Below are positions 10,047 through 18,698 of a stretch of 32,000 bases of DNA, piece after piece. Below the pieces are notes generated by a model. That model did not search any database. It saw nothing but the letters and a program-made list of their open reading frames with translations, and was not told the DNA's origin. The DNA comes from Occultella gossypii (GTDB taxonomy: Bacteria > Actinomycetota > Actinomycetes > Actinomycetales > Beutenbergiaceae): positions 3 through 32,002 of the forward strand of contig NZ_JAGSHT010000004.1 in the NCBI RefSeq assembly GCF_019947135.1, read 5' to 3'. Each line of letters opens with the position of its first letter. Within the stretch, counting starts at the first letter, position 1. The translations under genes were made by a program, and so were the position numbers.

Positions 10047-12736
10047 GCGCGCCCGCCACCAGCACCGTCCCGCTGGCGTCCGCGGGCTTGGTCACCGAAC
10101 GGGCGCGGTCCCTCGTGTCGCGGGGCAGCGCCCGAATGCTCCTGCTGCGCTCGGAGCCGCGTTGGGACGGGCCTCCTTCGATCGCTGTCGACGGCACCAC
10201 GGTGCAGATCCGGCCGGGTCGTTCCCAGCTAGCGGTGCTCACGGACTATACGGATCTCCCCGACGACGAGTACCTGGTGGTCCTGACCGACCGGAACGAA
10301 CAGGACCTCGGCAGTGCTGTGATGCTGCGGGCCGCCGGGCAGACCATCGAGCGCCCGGATGACTGGAGCGCAGTCGCGAGCATGGTGGGCGCACATACGA
10401 TCGACCCCGCGCTTCGGAAGCAGGGCCAATGGGCCGCTGGCGCACTGCTGGAGCACCGGCCACGCTCGGGGTGGCCACAGGTCACCACCGGTGTGCTCAC
10501 CGCAGATGCCGCCTTCGGCAATCTGCTGGCTGAGCTGCTGGGTGAGCTGCTGCCAGCCCGTTGGGATGCCTCGCGGCTGACCGAGGTGCTGCACGGTGCC
10601 TCGGCCCGGGCAGTTTGGGCCGCGACGGACGAGGACCTGCGGAAGCACCTGACCCGCTGGGCAGGCGACGCACTCGGTCCGCAGACCGTGTTTGTGCTCG
10701 CCGCTGCGGCCAGCACTCAAGTCTCAGTGGTGGCGATCGGCCTCGCAATGGATGTGCTGTGGCCGGCGCAGCCCCCGGCCCAGATCGAAGCAGATCGGAT
10801 CAGCGCACGCACGCGGATCGAACGCTACGTGGGCGGGCGGCCCGTGGAGAGTCTTCACGCGCGCGCCTTGGCCCTGGATGCCCGCGACACGCTCGAGCGC
10901 ATGCTCGACGCGGATGATCCCGACCACGCGAACGTGCTCCGCCAGGCGGAGGCGCTGCTCGGTGATCTCGGCTGGCCCGACGGCGCCCTCCTGTCCTCGG
11001 TGCTGCCCGCAGGCAGGTCGGCGCGCAGCGAAGTCCTCGCGCAGGCGATTCAGGGCTTCCTCGCCGGCCGCGGCACAGATGCCGTCGAGGAAGGGCTGCG
11101 CGATGTACTCGCGCACCGGCTCTCCCGGCACGAGGGACGCGAGGTCGAGGCGGCACGGATGGCCACCCGGCTGGTGCGCTGGCTTGAGAGTGAACCCGCG
11201 GACACCAGCGCCACCCTCGGCGACAGCCTGCACCTGCAGGTCGACGACGGCGGCTGGGCGGATCGGGCGCTCGCCTCCATCTGGACCGGCAGCGCATTGG
11301 CACCGGTGGCGCACGCCTACCGGCGGCTGGCGGAGCGGGTCCAGGCGATCCGAGCCAAGAGGGACTTCACCGCAGCGCAACAACTGGCTGCGGTGACCGC
11401 GACGGACGAGCCGACCCCCGCCGTCGTCCTCCTCGAAAACCTCCTCAAGGAGGTGGTGCACCCCCTGACCAAGGCAACCCGCGTGCTGCTCATCGTGCTG
11501 GACGGGATGAGCACCCGAGTGGCGACCGAGATCGCCCAGGGCGCCATGGAAGCGGGGTGGACCGAGCTGATCCCCGCTGCGTCGTCCACCCGTGCCGCGG
11601 GGCTGGCGGTTCTGCCCACGATGACCACGTTCTCCAGGACGTCGCTGCTCAGCGGCGAGCTCCGTGCCGGGACACAAGCGACCGAGAAGTCCCGGTTCCC
11701 CAAGGTGATCGAGGGACCTATATTCCACAAGGATGACCTCCGGCCCGCCGGTGGAGACCTCGTGGCGCAGGTGGTCGGTACCGCGATCGATGATCGCGCC
11801 ACCACGGTGGTGGGCGTGGTGCTGAACACGATCGACGATTCGCTCGCCAAGGATGACCCCGACGGCACCCGCTGGAACCTCGACCGGGTCCAGCACCTTC
11901 GTGCGCTACTCAATCGCGCCACCCTCGCAGGCCGAACGGTGATCCTGACCGCCGACCATGGGCACGTCGTGGAGCGGGGCGGTGAATATCGGGCGACTGC
12001 GGGTGCGGACACGCGGTGGAGACCGGTGAGTACTGGCGCCGCGGCAACCGATGAGATCGAGGTACGCGGCCGCCGGGTACTCGCAGCGGGCGGCGAAGCA
12101 GTGCTGGCCGTAACCGTAGGCCTGCGCTACGGCGCCAAGGCGGCCGGCTATCACGGGGGCGGGAGCCTCGCCGAGATCACGGTGCCGATCATTGTGCTGG
12201 ACCGCAGCAATAGGCCCCAGATCGGCGGATGGAAGATCGCACCCTCGCAGACCCCGAGCTGGTGGAACGAGCCGGCGGTGAAGCACCGCTACGAGTCGGT
12301 GGTCGAGGAGCGGACGGACAAGACGCGACGGCGCCGGCCAAGGGAGGAGGCACCAGGGCAGGGCAGCTTCGACCTGATCCTGGCCCAGCCGCTACCCGTG
12401 GACGGCACCGCGGCTCTCTCCTCTGTGGTGGATCAACTGCTCGACTCCGACGTATACGCGCGGCAGCGCAAGCGCGCCGGCCGTGGCGCTCTTGGCGATG
12501 ACGTGGTCCGCACGCTGCTCACCACGCTGGCAGATCGGGGCGGTCGAGCACACCGGGAGACCCTTGCCGGGCTGGTCGGGTCGAGCCTTCCCGCCGTGGA
12601 GTCAACACTCGCGGCGCTGCGCCGGTTGCTGAACGTGGAGGGCTACGCCGTGCTCTCTGACGACGCCGATGGCGTCACGGTGGTTCTTGACGAGGCGCTC
12701 CTTCGCGATCAGTTCGAGCTCGGCGGCCAACGGTGA
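10043..12736 (+). CDS. pglZ: BREX alkaline-phosphatase-superfamily protein PglZ (897 aa)
   Basis: PglZ/alkaline phosphatase-type metal-ligand motifs: LLIVLDGMS (D at nt 11501-11503) and ILTADHGH (nt ~11941-11964). GTGA overlaps at both ends. Confidence 0.88.
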   Translation: MSAPATSTVPLASAGLVTERARSLVSRGSARMLLLRSEPRWDGPPSIAVDGTTVQIRPGRSQLAVLTDYTDLPDDEYLVVLTDRNEQDLGSAVMLRAAGQTIERPDDWSAVASMVGAHTIDPALRKQGQWAAGALLEHRPRSGWPQVTTGVLTADAAFGNLLAELLGELLPARWDASRLTEVLHGASARAVWAATDEDLRKHLTRWAGDALGPQTVFVLAAAASTQVSVVAIGLAMDVLWPAQPPAQIEADRISARTRIERYVGGRPVESLHARALALDARDTLERMLDADDPDHANVLRQAEALLGDLGWPDGALLSSVLPAGRSARSEVLAQAIQGFLAGRGTDAVEEGLRDVLAHRLSRHEGREVEAARMATRLVRWLESEPADTSATLGDSLHLQVDDGGWADRALASIWTGSALAPVAHAYRRLAERVQAIRAKRDFTAAQQLAAVTATDEPTPAVVLLENLLKEVVHPLTKATRVLLIVLDGMSTRVATEIAQGAMEAGWTELIPAASSTRAAGLAVLPTMTTFSRTSLLSGELRAGTQATEKSRFPKVIEGPIFHKDDLRPAGGDLVAQVVGTAIDDRATTVVGVVLNTIDDSLAKDDPDGTRWNLDRVQHLRALLNRATLAGRTVILTADHGHVVERGGEYRATAGADTRWRPVSTGAAATDEIEVRGRRVLAAGGEAVLAVTVGLRYGAKAAGYHGGGSLAEITVPIIVLDRSNRPQIGGWKIAPSQTPSWWNEPAVKHRYESVVEERTDKTRRRRPREEAPGQGSFDLILAQPLPVDGTAALSSVVDQLLDSDVYARQRKRAGRGALGDDVVRTLLTTLADRGGRAHRETLAGLVGSSLPAVESTLAALRRLLNVEGYAVLSDDADGVTVVLDEALLRDQFELGGQR

Positions 12737-14076
12737 ACGTCTCTCCACGGCGCCGTCGGGACATCATCGACGCGGTGCGCCGCGGCACCGTGCCACAGCG
12801 GGGCCTGGACCTGATGGCGGTGCGGTTGGACCGGTTCGAGGTCACCGTGGACGAGGAACTCGAATCCGTGGCCGGCGGCGGCGCGCAGATGAAGGCGATC
12901 CGCGGTGAGTACGGCTCAGGCAAGACGTTCTTCGCGCGTTGGCTGACCGAGCGTGCGAAGGATCGCGGATTCGCGACGGCGGAGATTCAGATCTCCGAGA
13001 CGGAGACACCGCTGCATCGGCTGGAGACGGTGTACCGGCGGATCGTCGAGAGCCTGACCACCGCAGAGGCCGCACCTTCCGCGTTGCGGGAAGTGGTGGA
13101 CGGTTGGTTCCACATCCTGCGCACCGACGTCATCGAATCGGGTGCTCCCGCGAGCGATGAGACGTCCGTGCAGAGCGGCGTGGAAGCGCTGCTGGAGACG
13201 CGCCTCGCCGCTGTCAGCAAGACCGCGCCCTCGTTCGCGACCGCGCTGCGGGGCTATCGCGTGGCGATGATCGCCGGCGATGTGGCCCAAGCAGAGGGCT
13301 TGCTGGCTTGGCTGGGAGGGCAGCCGAACGTGGCCGCCTCCGTGCGGCGAGGAGCTGGGCTACGCGGAGAGTTGGACCACTTCGGCGCGCTCGGCTTCCT
13401 GCAAGGGCTGCTGACGGTGCTGCGTGACTCGGACTACGCCGGGTTGGTGGTGGTGTTGGACGAGGTGGAGACGCTGCAACGGGTGCGTTCCGACGTGCGG
13501 GAGAAGTCCCTGAATGCGCTGCGCCAATTGCTGGACGAGATCGACTCGGGACGGTTTCCGGGCTTGTACCTGCTGATCACCGGCACGCCCGCCTTCTACG
13601 ACGGGCAACAGGGCATGCGGCGCCTGCCGCCACTCGCCCAGCGGCTGGCCACGGACTTCACCGCCGACGCGCGGTTCGACAATCCTCGCGCACCCCAGAT
13701 CCGGCTTACGGGGTTCACGCAGGACTCGCTCCTGGAACTCGGGTCGCGGGTGCGTGACCTCTATGCGAGCGGCGCCGACGCCGGCGGGCGGGTGCTGGAC
13801 CTCGTGGATGACGGCTATGTTGCGACACTGGCGGATGCCGTCGCCGGAGAGCTCGGCGGCAAGGTGGGCGTGGCACCGCGGTTGTTCCTGCGCAAGCTCG
13901 TGGACGTGATGGACCGTGTGGACCAGTTCGAGGAGTTCCGGCCGCGGCGTGACTATGCGCTGACCGTCGATCCGGGAGAACTGCACGAGACTGAGACCGA
14001 GGCGCGCAATCTCGGCGCCGTCCGCGGTCCGCGGGCCGTGGCGGCCAGTGTGGATGACGTCGACCTGGGCCTATGA
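12733..14076 (+). CDS. brxD: BREX type 2 ATPase BrxD (DUF2791-like AAA/P-loop protein, 447 aa)
   Basis: Walker A GEYGSGKTF (nt 12904-12930) and Walker B VVVLDEVE. Position after pglZ. ATGA overlap with brxHI at 14073-14076. Confidence 0.8.
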   Translation: MNVSPRRRRDIIDAVRRGTVPQRGLDLMAVRLDRFEVTVDEELESVAGGGAQMKAIRGEYGSGKTFFARWLTERAKDRGFATAEIQISETETPLHRLETVYRRIVESLTTAEAAPSALREVVDGWFHILRTDVIESGAPASDETSVQSGVEALLETRLAAVSKTAPSFATALRGYRVAMIAGDVAQAEGLLAWLGGQPNVAASVRRGAGLRGELDHFGALGFLQGLLTVLRDSDYAGLVVVLDEVETLQRVRSDVREKSLNALRQLLDEIDSGRFPGLYLLITGTPAFYDGQQGMRRLPPLAQRLATDFTADARFDNPRAPQIRLTGFTQDSLLELGSRVRDLYASGADAGGRVLDLVDDGYVATLADAVAGELGGKVGVAPRLFLRKLVDVMDRVDQFEEFRPRRDYALTVDPGELHETETEARNLGAVRGPRAVAASVDDVDLGL

Positions 14077-16190
14077 GCGTTGAGAGCGGGCTGAACGCCG
14101 CCGTCGAGTACCACGTGGTGAACTCGCTCGGCTGGAGTTCCCTGCGGCCGCTGCAGCATGCAGCCGTGGCGCCCGTTCGGGCAGGCAAGGACTGCCTGCT
14201 GATCGCGCCGACGGCTGGCGGCAAGACGGAGGCGGCCCTCTTCCCGCTCCTGTCAGAGATGGTCGAGGAGGACTGGCATGGGCTGTCCGTCCTATACATC
14301 ACGCCGCTGCGGGCACTGCTCAACAACCTGTACCCGCGGCTCGAGCAGTACGCAGGGTGGCTCGGTCGGCGGGTCGCCCTGTGGCACGGCGACGTGGGTG
14401 ACTCGGAGCGCCGTCGAATCCTGGGGGAGCGGCCCGACATGCTCCTGACCACGCCGGAGTCGTTGGAGTCCATGCTGGTGTCGCGGCGCGTTGATCACCG
14501 GGCGCTGTTCGCCGGCGTGCGGGCCGTGGTGATCGACGAGGTGCATGCGTTTGCGGGTGCCGACCGCGGCTGGCACCTGCTCGCAGTACTCGAACGGATC
14601 CAGCGACTTGCTGGGCGCCGGATCCAGCGCGTCGGGCTCTCGGCGACGGTTGGAAATCCGGAGTCGATCCTCACGTGGCTGAGGGGGAGCAACGTTTCCG
14701 CGGGGACCGGAGCCGAGGTAGTGACGGGGGAGGACCACCGGACTGTTACATCACCGGTCGATGTGACACTGGACTACGTCGGGTCGCTGGCGAACGCGGC
14801 TGAGGTGATCTCACGCCTCTACCGCGGCGAGAAGAGATTGGTATTCTGTGAGTCGCGGCGCAGGGCTGAGGAACTCGCGTTTGAGTTGCGCGCCCGGAAC
14901 GTGACGACGTTCGTCTCTCACTCGTCTCTGTCGCGTGACGAGCGGCAGGTGAGCGAACGAGCGTTCGCGGAGGCGCGCGACTGCGTCATCGTCGCCACAT
15001 CCACGCTCGAACTGGGTGTGGACATCGGGGACCTGGACCGGATGATCCAGATCGACGCGCCTCGGTCGGTGGCGTCGTTCCTGCAGCGGTTGGGTAGGAC
15101 CGGGCGGCGCGCCGGGACGCAGCGGAACGCGCTCTTCCTCGCCGTGGAAAGCGAGGGGTTCCTCCGCGCTGCCGCGCTCCTACTGCTGTGGGGCCAAGGA
15201 CTCGTGGAGCCCGTGGTGCCTCCGCCTTCGCCGCGACACTTGGCGGCTCAGCAGCTGCTGGCACTGGCGTTGCAGGAAGGCAGGTTCGGGGCCACGACTT
15301 GGCGGTCCTGGTGGGACGGACTTGGGTTCATGGACGAGGCCGCACCGATCCTCGAGTATCTGCGTTCCGAGCAGTTTCTGGTGGAGGACCAGGGCATGGT
15401 GTTCATCGGCCCGCGCGCGGAGAAGGAGTTCGGGCGCCGGTACTTCATGGACCTGCTGGCCTCATTCTCCGCTGACCTCGAACTGCGGGTGGTGGCCGGT
15501 GTGCGTGAGATCGGCATGGTCTCGCCGTTGGCGCTCCAGAGCTGGAAGTCTGGCGGACCGGCGAAGAGGCTGCTGCTAGCAGGTTGGGCGTGGCGGGTGG
15601 AGTCTGTGGACTGGGAGCGGCGAGAGGTCGTCGTGAGCGATGCACCCGATAAGGGCAAGGTGCGCTGGCCAAGCGAAGCCGTCGCCGAGTCCTTCGAACT
15701 GGCACGCGCGCAGCGCGACGTCCTCCTCGGCAGAACTCCCGACGTCGTCTTGTCTCGGCGAGCAGTGGAGCGGCTCGCGCGCATCCGAGATGAGATGGCG
15801 GATGTGGTCGACCCGGATGGTCTCGTGGTGCTCGAGGCGCCAGCGGGACGGGAGTTCTGGACCTGGGCGGGCCTGCGGGCCAACGAGACACTCATCGCCG
15901 CGCTCGGTGCAGGGGATGGTGCGGACAACCATCGATTCACACTGGACGAGGCAACGGGGCTGTCCGATCTGCGTGCTGCACCCGTGGACGTGGCGTTGCC
16001 GGTCATCAGCCCGCAGGCTGTCGACGGCCTGAAGTTCTCGGCCGCGCTCGCTCCGGAGCTAGCGACTGCAACGCTTGCCGAGCGTTTCGTCGACCGGAGC
16101 GGGGCGATGGAGACAATCCAGTCGCCGATTGTGGCCACGTCGATATCATCTCGTCGTGGACAACTGCGCCGATTGGGCGAGGAGCTCTGA
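14073..16190 (+). CDS. brxHI: BREX type 2 Lhr-like DEAD/DEAH-box helicase BrxHI (705 aa)
   Basis: SF2 motif I APTAGGKTEAA (nt 14205-14237), motif II DEVH (nt 14535-14546), motif III SAT, and motif VI QRLGRTGRR. It is the last gene of the canonical type 2 order. Confidence 0.85.
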   Translation: MSVESGLNAAVEYHVVNSLGWSSLRPLQHAAVAPVRAGKDCLLIAPTAGGKTEAALFPLLSEMVEEDWHGLSVLYITPLRALLNNLYPRLEQYAGWLGRRVALWHGDVGDSERRRILGERPDMLLTTPESLESMLVSRRVDHRALFAGVRAVVIDEVHAFAGADRGWHLLAVLERIQRLAGRRIQRVGLSATVGNPESILTWLRGSNVSAGTGAEVVTGEDHRTVTSPVDVTLDYVGSLANAAEVISRLYRGEKRLVFCESRRRAEELAFELRARNVTTFVSHSSLSRDERQVSERAFAEARDCVIVATSTLELGVDIGDLDRMIQIDAPRSVASFLQRLGRTGRRAGTQRNALFLAVESEGFLRAAALLLLWGQGLVEPVVPPPSPRHLAAQQLLALALQEGRFGATTWRSWWDGLGFMDEAAPILEYLRSEQFLVEDQGMVFIGPRAEKEFGRRYFMDLLASFSADLELRVVAGVREIGMVSPLALQSWKSGGPAKRLLLAGWAWRVESVDWERREVVVSDAPDKGKVRWPSEAVAESFELARAQRDVLLGRTPDVVLSRRAVERLARIRDEMADVVDPDGLVVLEAPAGREFWTWAGLRANETLIAALGAGDGADNHRFTLDEATGLSDLRAAPVDVALPVISPQAVDGLKFSAALAPELATATLAERFVDRSGAMETIQSPIVATSISSRRGQLRRLGEEL

Positions 16191-16893
16191 TGCGACCCAG
16201 GATGCGGACAGCGAGGGTCATGGCGGAGGTCTTGGCGGGTGGAAGGGCGACCACGAATTCCGTCCGCGGTCCCAACGCCCGTCCCAAGTGCTAGTCGGCA
16301 AAGAGGGGTGAGGGCGTGCGCGGTCGGGCTCATGGTCCGCTTGCTCGACACCGCCGCCGTTCTGGTGTCGAAGTCATCCTCTACCAGCAATGTCCTTAAA
16401 CTCCAGAACCGGCGCAGGCGCGAGCCGGTCGTCCTTGTAGTCGCTGTCCGCAACCACTGCGTAGCAGTGCTGGTCACCCCGCCAGATGGGTCGAGAACAC
16501 CCCAACTGCCGAGCAGGCCACCCGAGCCGGAATCGCCACGCACGTACCCGTAGATTAAATGGCTGTCAAACACAGGGTGCCGGTTGAGGTGGGGCGGCTC
16601 GCGTTGGCAGTATCGAACTGCGGTTCCTAGTGATCTGCCCGGCGGATCATTGCTGCTGATCGATCTGTGGCAGCGCCTGACTCTCTGATGCGATCGGCCG
16701 GGACGTCCTCATTGAGGTCGCTGGGGCCGCGATCACGGGCCGGCTTCGATTCTGAGCCAATCGACCGTGCACCCCCTTCGGAGCTCCGCAGAACCTGCGG
16801 GGCGTGCTCGTCACGGTCCTCCAGGATGCCCAATGTGCACCGCCCGATAGGCGTCGCTAACTGCTGCTAGCTGGGCCGTGGCATGCTGTCGAT

Positions 16894-17724
16894 GTGCGTC
16901 ACCCAAACATGGACCTGCGGACGGTGTCCGTCCGCGCTCGTCAGATCGCTGTTCCCTTAGAGCACGCGATGAGCCTTGCGATCGACTCGGAGGTGGATGC
17001 CGTCATAGCAACTATGTTCGAGCACCAGTTCGACGCAGCGCCGGTGATGACAGAGGGGGTCCCGGTAGGGGTCTTCGTTCCGGCTTCGGAAGCGGCGCGG
17101 GGACCGGGCGCCGTGGTGGGCGAGCTCATGCTTCCGCTGGCCGCTCCGTTGATCGTGTCTGGCGAGGCAACCCTGGACCATTTGATGGAACGCATGGCTC
17201 GCGAGCCATTTCTGTTTGTGCTCGGGGAGTCAGGGATTACGAGCTTCGTCACCCCGGCGGACCTCGGGTCGGTGCCAGTGCGGACCCATTTCTATCTCCG
17301 GTTGGCACACCTCGAGACTGTCCTCGGGAACTACTTGCGCGTCCGCTACCCAGACCAGTCGCAGATCGTAGCCCTCCTGTCATCGCCGAGACAAGAGTCG
17401 CATGCCAAGATCGCCAATGAGCTGCGCGGAAGAGACACCTTCATTGATGATGTGTCGTGCTTGAGCGTACGGGACTTAGTGCAAGTCCTCGGTAAGGAAG
17501 ACTCCTACAGGAGGGCGACCAAGGAGGCAGGCGTAGGCTGGCGCCGCGCAATCAGCGGTCTCTCCGACTTCCGCAACGACATCATGCACCCGACCCGCAC
17601 GCTGGCGGGCGCGGGCGTCTCCCGTCCCGAGTACCTGCTGGAGCGGCAGCGACGGATCGATGCACTTATTCAGGCTACTCGATCCGTGGCCAATGAGCCC
17701 AGGGCTCTCGCGAGAGTAGATTGA
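16894..17724 (+). CDS. CBS-pair domain protein fused to a C-terminal HEPN-like (RNxxxH) putative RNase domain
   Basis: Two CBS-like repeats: ...DSEVDAVIATMFEHQFDAAPVMTEGVPVGVFV... and ...SGEATLDHLMERMAREPFLFVLGESGITSFVTPADL.... A helical C-terminal half carries FRNDIMH (R at nt 17572-17574, H at 17587-17589), which fits the HEPN Rx4-6H motif. The start is GTG 16894 or ATG 16909. Confidence 0.6.
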   Translation: MRHPNMDLRTVSVRARQIAVPLEHAMSLAIDSEVDAVIATMFEHQFDAAPVMTEGVPVGVFVPASEAARGPGAVVGELMLPLAAPLIVSGEATLDHLMERMAREPFLFVLGESGITSFVTPADLGSVPVRTHFYLRLAHLETVLGNYLRVRYPDQSQIVALLSSPRQESHAKIANELRGRDTFIDDVSCLSVRDLVQVLGKEDSYRRATKEAGVGWRRAISGLSDFRNDIMHPTRTLAGAGVSRPEYLLERQRRIDALIQATRSVANEPRALARVD

Positions 17725-17994
17725 CGGATCGAGGCTCAGGGGTCCCGCCAGCGGCATGAGTCTCAGTTCCATGCCGGGCCGAGTGCGGCAGAGGGCGTGC
17801 ATGTCATCCCCCAGTGCCGGTCAGTCCCGGGTAAGGGGCAACCCTGGAGAGACCAACAGCCGGCCGTGGTGCTCAACGACCCACGCCGCGCCGACATCCA
17901 CGCCTCGGTAGTCACACCCGCACCGTTCGTGCTGGGATGTTGGCTCGAACCCCGCCCTATCTTTGCAGCTACCCTTGTGGCATCGTATGGCGGT

Positions 17995-18135
17995 ATGCCG
18001 AAAGAACCCGCGGGGCTCCACTACTGTCCGGCTTGCGATAAGAACCAGCCGCATACCGAGCACTACAGCAATACGGCGCAAGGCAAGAAGCGCGAGGCGC
18101 TGATTTGTGACGTCTGCAACGCGTACAACGACTGA
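17995..18135 (+). CDS. Small (46 aa) zinc-ribbon protein
   Basis: MPKEPAGLHYCPACDKNQPHTEHYSNTAQGKKREALICDVCNAYND has CPAC and CDVC pairs 23 residues apart. Third-position GC is high in this frame. The ORF track gives 17797-18135, but that N-terminal extension looks non-coding. Confidence 0.45.
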   Translation: MPKEPAGLHYCPACDKNQPHTEHYSNTAQGKKREALICDVCNAYND

Positions 18136-18154
18136 AGGTTCTGGACACGGGCCA

Positions 18155-18697
18155 ATGAGTACCGAAGACGCCGGCCAGGAGGTGCCCGTCGGCGATTTCG
18201 GAGGCGTGCCGAACGCTTGGCTGCCCGACCTCGGCAAAATCGCCGTCTCGTCGGGGCGGATTGAATTCGCCGCTTACCAGATCGCCGTAGCCCTCGATTT
18301 GAAGCAGCCCCGCAACGGTAGGAGCCGCAACTTCAGTTCCCAGTGCGAGGACATCCGGCAGCGGCTGGAGGACCCGTGGCGTCCAGCCTGGTTGAGGGAT
18401 CCGACGTCGTGGAGCGAGGACGTCGCGGCCTGGACTATAGACGCCACGACGGCGATGAATCAACACCGCAACACCATCCTTCACCGGCCGTATTTTCACC
18501 AGCGTACAAATGACGACTGGCTGCTGAAGACGATGAGACGGCTAGATGACTTCAGTTCGACTGTTCCGGCTTCGCACCGGGAGATCGTGGACGCGGTGGA
18601 GCGCTTGAGGCCGATCGCGGGGCGCGGCATCGACCTGTGGATCGCAGGACTTCGAACCATGCCGCCGGAGGGACGTATCGATCTAGTGGAGGATTGA
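18155..18697 (+). CDS. Second HEPN-like (RNxxxH) protein, Abi-type
   Basis: ~180-aa helical protein with NQHRNTILH (R at nt 18467-18469, H at 18482-18484). ATG 18155 lies 19 nt after the zinc-ribbon stop. An alternative upstream ATG at 18107 would overlap that gene. Confidence 0.55.
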   Translation: MSTEDAGQEVPVGDFGGVPNAWLPDLGKIAVSSGRIEFAAYQIAVALDLKQPRNGRSRNFSSQCEDIRQRLEDPWRPAWLRDPTSWSEDVAAWTIDATTAMNQHRNTILHRPYFHQRTNDDWLLKTMRRLDDFSSTVPASHREIVDAVERLRPIAGRGIDLWIAGLRTMPPEGRIDLVED

Positions 18698-18698
18698 C

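Noticed and set aside
16627-16833. 68-aa minus-strand ORF in the brxHI-HEPN gap
   Set aside because: It has only a TTG start, no Shine-Dalgarno, and a low-complexity charged sequence. There is insufficient support.
17797-18135. Full 112-aa ORF containing the zinc ribbon, and the antisense 138-aa ORF 17821-18237
   Set aside because: The N-terminal 66 residues of the + ORF look non-coding, and only the last 46 aa show the Cys-pair pattern and good GC3. The antisense ORF is R/L/V-rich with no pattern I can support. Residual uncertainty remains.
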